From positions 1 through 29,293 of IMG/VR virus record IMGVR_UViG_3300032218_002968: 29,293 nt of DNA; one strand, written 5' to 3'. Source of the DNA: a virus. Its lineage: Duplodnaviria > Caudoviricetes. A program made the translations under genes and the position numbers. A model generated the notes under the pieces. The model was not told where the DNA came from and did not search any database. It saw only the letters and a program-made list of their open reading frames with translations. The number at the start of each line of letters is the position of its first letter. Position 1 is the stretch's first letter. Shown piece by piece: positions 25,030-29,293 of this stretch.

Positions 25030-25069
25030 CTAAATATCTTTTATGAGTCTTATTATCAATATTTAGATG
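25027..25069. promoter_or_regulatory. overlapping divergent late promoters
   Basis: CTAAATA on + (25030-25036) and on - (25060-25066), within a perfect 11-bp inverted repeat CATCTAAATAT/ATATTTAGATG. Confidence 0.65.
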
Positions 25070-25501
25070 TCCTATAAGGGAAAATATCAACCATCATATC
25101 CACAAAAATATAAAGGAAATCCCACAAATATCATCTATAGGTCTTTATGGGAGAGAAAATTTATGAGATATTGTGACTTGAATGAGAATATTTTAGAGTG
25201 GGGATCTGAAGAAATTGCACTTCCTTATAGATCACCAATAGATAATCGCATTCATAGATATTTTCCAGATTTTTATATCAAAGTCAAAGAAAGTAATGGA
25301 TCTATTAAAAAGTATTTGATTGAAATTAAACCAAAAAAGCAAACAATAGAACCACAGGTTAAGAAAAGAAAGACAAAAGGATATATCTATGAAGTTTATG
25401 AGTATGCCAAAAATCAAGCAAAATGGAAAGCAGCAGAAGAGTTCTGCAAAGATCGTCAATGGGAGTTTAAAGTTCTTACAGAAGACGAATTAGGAATCTA
25501 A
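25067..25501 (+). CDS. gp4: head completion nuclease gp4
   Basis: YRSLWERKFM, WGSEE, HRYFPDF, EIKP and KWKAA PD-(D/E)xK motifs. Confidence 0.92.
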   Translation: MSYKGKYQPSYPQKYKGNPTNIIYRSLWERKFMRYCDLNENILEWGSEEIALPYRSPIDNRIHRYFPDFYIKVKESNGSIKKYLIEIKPKKQTIEPQVKKRKTKGYIYEVYEYAKNQAKWKAAEEFCKDRQWEFKVLTEDELGI

Positions 25502-25502
25502 T

Positions 25503-25904
25503 ATGCCAAGAAAGACACTTAAAGACCGAAATCAAAAAAGACCTTCTGATGCAGATCTAAATCGTATTCGTCCAGTTTTGGATGATTTAATTGGTATTGA
25601 AGATCCAGATGATCTAATGGTAGAGATAATGAGTGTTCTTAAAATAACTCAATTAGTACCTGATGTTGGAAACTTTTATATTTTTGTTTATTCTCCCAAA
25701 ACTCCAAACATTGAGTATGATGCTCATCCATTTGTTGCAGTAACTGATATATTCAGATGGGGGTTTAGAGGAATTAATTTTCACTGGGGGGAAGTAAGAC
25801 AATACACTTGGGAAGAAATTGTAGGATCTTTACATTTAGTTTATGATGATGAAGTCAAAGATCTTCAGGCACTTCCTTTTAGAAAAATTAATCTAAATAG
25901 TTAG
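25503..25904 (+). CDS. gp2: DNA end protector gp2-like protein (short form)
   Basis: YIFVYSPKT...YDAHPFV...GFRGINFHW motif; adjacent to gp4. Confidence 0.7.
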   Translation: MPRKTLKDRNQKRPSDADLNRIRPVLDDLIGIEDPDDLMVEIMSVLKITQLVPDVGNFYIFVYSPKTPNIEYDAHPFVAVTDIFRWGFRGINFHWGEVRQYTWEEIVGSLHLVYDDEVKDLQALPFRKINLNS

Positions 25905-25914
25905 AAAAGGATAA

Positions 25915-26802
25915 ATGGCAAACGTATTAAGATATCCTTACGAGGCAATACTAGAAACTACAGATTATCTTAGAATTGATCTTTTAGATTATAATAGCAT
26001 AAAAGCAACTAGTCCCGGAAATTTAATTCGAAATAGTGTTGCTTTTGATACCGGTATCCTAGCACCAAAACAAGCAAAAGAATTGAAGGGGAGTGTAATT
26101 TTACCAATACCATCAAATATTCAAGATGGTAATAGTGTTGATTGGGCTGCTGGAAGTTTGGATGGATTGACGGCACAAGTTTATGGTATTGTTGCCGAAA
26201 ATACCAAAATAGGAACAGGATCTTTACAAGATATAACTAATGCCATAGGAAATACCATAAAAGGAGTTGGGCAAGTTTTAACAAGTGAAGCAGCAAGAAA
26301 TATATTTACAAAATCAATAGCAGCACAAGCAGCAAATATACCATTTGGAGGAAATTTAACAGTAAATCAAATTTTATCTAGAGAATCTGGTCAAATATTA
26401 AATCCAAATATGGAACTTTTGTTTAATGGAGTCAATCTAAGATCATTTAAATTTTCATTTAAAATGACTCCAAGAAATAAAAAAGAAGCAGAAGAAATAA
26501 GATCAATAATAAAAACTTTTAAAATAAATATGGCTCCTAGAGCATTAAATGAAAACTTTTTACAGGCACCAAATGTGTTTCAATTAAGTTATAGAAAAGG
26601 TCCAGATATTCACCCATATTTAAATTTTTTCAAACAATGTGCTCTTACTGATATATCAGTTAATTATACTGGTGAAGGAATTTATGCAACTTATGATGAT
26701 GGATCTCCAATATCATATGTAATGGACTTGGGATTTAAGGAATTGGAGCCAATTTATGAAGGGGATTATAATATTGCACCACCAAATAGTGTAGGATTCT
26801 AA
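25915..26802 (+). CDS. gp48: baseplate tail tube cap gp48
   Basis: LRYP, ILNPNMELLFNGVNLRSFKFSFKMTPRN, CALTDISVNYT and FKELEPI motifs; CTAAATA at 25893-25899. Confidence 0.9.
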   Translation: MANVLRYPYEAILETTDYLRIDLLDYNSIKATSPGNLIRNSVAFDTGILAPKQAKELKGSVILPIPSNIQDGNSVDWAAGSLDGLTAQVYGIVAENTKIGTGSLQDITNAIGNTIKGVGQVLTSEAARNIFTKSIAAQAANIPFGGNLTVNQILSRESGQILNPNMELLFNGVNLRSFKFSFKMTPRNKKEAEEIRSIIKTFKINMAPRALNENFLQAPNVFQLSYRKGPDIHPYLNFFKQCALTDISVNYTGEGIYATYDDGSPISYVMDLGFKELEPIYEGDYNIAPPNSVGF

Positions 26803-26803
26803 A

Positions 26804-27451
26804 ATGGGATACTTCAGAGAACTACCAGATTTACAGTACCAATCCTTTCTGGATCATAAAACTTCTTCTGACGAGTATGTAACCGTCAAAAATCTTTTCA
26901 GAAGAATCAAACTTCGTGATGACTTACAAAATGTCTTTACACTCTTTGATAAGTATCAGATTAAAGATGGTGCAAGACCTGATACAGTTGCAGAAGAATT
27001 TTATGGTAGTGCAGAACTCGATTGGGTGGTTCTAATGACTGCAAATATCACCAGAGTCAGAGATCAGTGGCCTTTATCAAGTAGAGATATTTACAGATAT
27101 GCTGAAGAAAAATATGGAGATAATATAAATGCTGTACACCATTATGAGACTACAGAAGTCAAAGATTCTCAAGGTCGTTTAATTCTTCCAGCAGATAAAA
27201 TTGTTGATTCTACCTTTACAATTCCAGATCCATCAGATCCAACAGCAGTTCTAAATCCTGTAACCAGTATCAGTAATTATGAATATGAAGTTAAAGTAAA
27301 TGAGGATAAAAGAGGAATCTATCTACTGAAGAGAGGATATTTACAACAATTCCTAAATGATATGAGACAAATTATGACTTATACACCTTCATCTCAGTAT
27401 GTTAATGACAATTTAGTTAAAACTGAGAATACTAAAACAACAATGCTATAA
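26804..27451 (+). CDS. gp53: baseplate wedge subunit gp53
   Basis: YFRELP, RPDTVAEEFYG...DWVVLMTANI...WP, HHYET and YEYE motifs. Confidence 0.92.
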   Translation: MGYFRELPDLQYQSFLDHKTSSDEYVTVKNLFRRIKLRDDLQNVFTLFDKYQIKDGARPDTVAEEFYGSAELDWVVLMTANITRVRDQWPLSSRDIYRYAEEKYGDNINAVHHYETTEVKDSQGRLILPADKIVDSTFTIPDPSDPTAVLNPVTSISNYEYEVKVNEDKRGIYLLKRGYLQQFLNDMRQIMTYTPSSQYVNDNLVKTENTKTTML

Positions 27452-27479
27452 AAAAAGGGAGGTTGCCCTCCCCATTTTT
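27450..27479 (-). terminator. intrinsic terminator, probably bidirectional, between convergent gp53 and gp32
   Basis: Minus strand GGGAGG-GCAA-CCTCCC followed by T7; on the plus strand the hairpin is followed by CATTTTT. Confidence 0.85.
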
Positions 27480-27480
27480 A

Positions 27481-28401
27481 TTATTCTGCTGCTAAACGGG
27501 CAAAATAATTGAGGGTGTCGTCATTTTCATCGTCATCATAAGAAGAAGATTTGGTAGGAGTCAGATTCTTCAGTTCAGTGCGAAGGTCCTCATCAAGATC
27601 TTTCACAGGACCACGAGAATATTCTTCCTCTTCTGCCACTTCTTCATCCACACGACGAGAACCTTTAGTACCAAGAACATACTCAAGACGCTTCTTCAGT
27701 TCATCATAGGACTTGAACTGGTCGGCAGCAACGAGTTCTGCAAGAGAATATTGCTTCTTCCAGATTGCTTCCATTGCATCATCATCGTCCAGTAGAGCAC
27801 CTTGTGCAGCAAACTCACTGGAATCATAGTTACGATAACCAGCGACATTCTTTGCTTTCAGTTTGAAGTTAGCACCCTGCCAGAAGTCAAACGGATCAAT
27901 AGGAGTCTCATCCTCAAACTCTGGTTGCATCGCAGCAGTAATCTTATCAAAGATCTTCTTACCGAACTTATACAGGAAGACTTTACCTTCGTTAGCAGGA
28001 TTAGCAGGATCCTTGACAACATAGATATTGGCAACATAGGTCAGCTTGCGCTTCTGCTTACGGGCAACTTCTTTACCAGCATCGGTGCCGTTGTTCCAAA
28101 GTTCGGAGTTCAATTCCGACACAGGATCTTTCTGATTCAGAGTAGTTAAACTTGATTCTATATACCATCCTCCAGGACCTTGAAATGCATGACTGTAGAG
28201 TTTAACAAAAGGTAGATCTTCACCTTCTGGAGCAGGAAGGAAACGAATTACTGCGTATCCGTTACCACTTTTGTCCACGCTTAATTTCCATACACGATCA
28301 TCTGCCCCACTACCAGAAGCATTCATCTTCTCAACTTCTTTTACAAGTTTAGCAGTCAGTGAACCAAGATTAGATTGTTTTTTTAAATCTTTAAATGACA
28401 T
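27481..28401 (-). CDS. gp32: single-stranded DNA-binding protein gp32
   Basis: DDRVWK...GNGYAVIRFLP, YKFGKKIFDKI, PFDFWQGANFKLK and NYDSSEF motifs; acidic C-terminal tail. Confidence 0.97.
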   Translation of the reverse strand: MSFKDLKKQSNLGSLTAKLVKEVEKMNASGSGADDRVWKLSVDKSGNGYAVIRFLPAPEGEDLPFVKLYSHAFQGPGGWYIESSLTTLNQKDPVSELNSELWNNGTDAGKEVARKQKRKLTYVANIYVVKDPANPANEGKVFLYKFGKKIFDKITAAMQPEFEDETPIDPFDFWQGANFKLKAKNVAGYRNYDSSEFAAQGALLDDDDAMEAIWKKQYSLAELVAADQFKSYDELKKRLEYVLGTKGSRRVDEEVAEEEEYSRGPVKDLDEDLRTELKNLTPTKSSSYDDDENDDTLNYFARLAAE

Positions 28402-28443
28402 TTGGATTTTTGTATAAATTGGATTTGGTTTTGTAACAACTTT

Positions 28444-28472
28444 ATTATAGGATACCTATAAAGGGATGTCAA
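28444..28472 (-). promoter_or_regulatory. consensus sigma70 promoter of gene 32
   Basis: TTGACA(28467-28472)-N17-TATAAT(28444-28449); the -35 contains the TGA stop of the endonuclease. Confidence 0.88.
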
Positions 28473-29026
28473 GCCCTGGATTCTTTTTTATTTTTCCAAG
28501 TTTCTCTCATTTTTTTTAAAGTTTCTTCCGAATGTTTTTTACCAAGCATACCATAAGTTCCAGGTTTTCCCATATGCACATCACTCATTTTCCTTTTAGT
28601 TTCTTCAGTAGTTACTCTTTGTCTGCGAGCGGCAGAAAGTTTTTCTCTAACTTCTGGTCTTTTTGCTGGGTTGTTTTCTCCCAGTTTTCCCGACCTTATT
28701 TTTTCTCTAACATCATCTCTTTTTGAAGGATTATTTTCCCCAAATGATCTATGATAAAATTTTTTGGAAGTTTGTTTTGCTTTATTAGCAAAATGAGGAT
28801 TTTTATCTACTTCATAAAAATTGTGAAGGGCACATTCTGCTCCAAGTGCTTCTTCTACATTATCAAAGGTTTCTAAAATAATTTTTTGTTTTGGATTAAA
28901 AGTTTTATCCCTATAGGAACCAAAATACTTTACATCTTTTTTTGGAAGACAATTACAAACTCTACTTCCTATATAACCTCTACCAAACTCTTCATAAGAG
29001 TAGTAGACATAAAAATACTTTTTCAT
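28469..29026 (-). mobile_element. free-standing GIY-YIG homing endonuclease with NUMOD3-like DNA-binding repeats (Seg-like)
   Basis: YVY...YIGS, YFGS and conserved E/N positions; C-terminal GENNP(S/A)KR repeats, TEETKRKMS and GKKHSEETLKKM. Confidence 0.85.
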
Positions 29027-29033
29027 TTCTATT

Positions 29034-29104
29034 CTATCTGGGTCGCATTAGTATTTATAAGGGGAACATTACTGCTCCCCACCTGAAAAGTGCGACCCAG
29101 ACAG
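29034..29104 (-). promoter_or_regulatory. structured leader containing a consensus late promoter
   Basis: 14-bp outer stem (29034-29047/29091-29104), inner GGGGAGCA-GTAA-TGTTCCCC hairpin, and TATAAATA at 29052-29059. Confidence 0.8.
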
Positions 29105-29110
29105 GCACCT

Positions 29111-29293
29111 CTATTTATCAATGAATTGCTTGAGAGACTCAATGGTTTTATTCATACTATTGAAAAGTAAATTCATATCAGTCTCTGGTGGAAAACCCAT
29201 CAGAGCAACTGATTTACGAAGATTCTCTTTCATTTCAATCGCTTGCGGATCATCAGAAAGAGAAAGTCTTGTGTACATAATACGTTGCTTTTC
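29111..29293 (-). CDS. DUF1825-like protein, C-terminal part (runs off the right edge)
   Basis: Read manually: EKQRIMYTRLSLSDDPQAIEMKENLRKSVALMGFPPETDMNLLFNSMNKTIESLKQFIDK*. From memory, this family lies upstream of gene 32 in cyanomyophages. Confidence 0.75.
   Translation of the reverse strand, partial: EKQRIMYTRLSLSDDPQAIEMKENLRKSVALMGFPPETDMNLLFNSMNKTIESLKQFIDK

Noticed and set aside
29034-29104. Hammerhead ribozyme or group I intron around the endonuclease
   Set aside because: CTGAAAAG only loosely resembles CUGANGA and there is no third stem or GAAA/UH arrangement; flanking genes are uninterrupted.
1-29293. Stop-codon reassignment, diversity-generating retroelement or invertible fibre cassette
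   Set aside because: Core genes are full length in the standard code and end in TAA, TAG or TGA; no suppressor tRNA, reverse transcriptase, template/variable repeat pair or invertase was seen.

Overview
This is a 29.3-kb segment of a T4-like cyanophage (myovirus, Kyanoviridae-like; host probably a picocyanobacterium, by inference). The left ~4.6 kb is a minus-strand accessory region: small hypothetical genes, two tandem Asp/Asn beta-hydroxylase-like 2OG-Fe(II) dioxygenases and a GC-richer SF2 helicase. Several of its promoters share a conserved upstream motif. Next come two large tail-fibre-like genes and a compact operon holding a small ORF, an orphan Phd/YefM-like antitoxin and three structurally atypical tRNAs (UAU, CAU, UAA). 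The tail/baseplate module follows: tube-initiator-like gene, gp26, gp51, two tape-measure-like genes (one with an M23 peptidase), hub and a gp5 locus split over several ORFs. The window ends with the divergent gp4-gp2-gp48-gp53 cluster, gp32, a free-standing GIY-YIG/NUMOD3 homing endonuclease with a structured leader, and a partial DUF1825-like gene. The most notable observations are (1) a T TTT TTC slippery site that would fuse gp26 to gp51 by -1 frameshift, like lambda G/GT tail chaperones; (2) the antitoxin plus non-canonical tRNA operon; and (3) the nested hairpin enclosing the endonuclease late promoter. All family calls come from motif recognition and gene order, not database searches.
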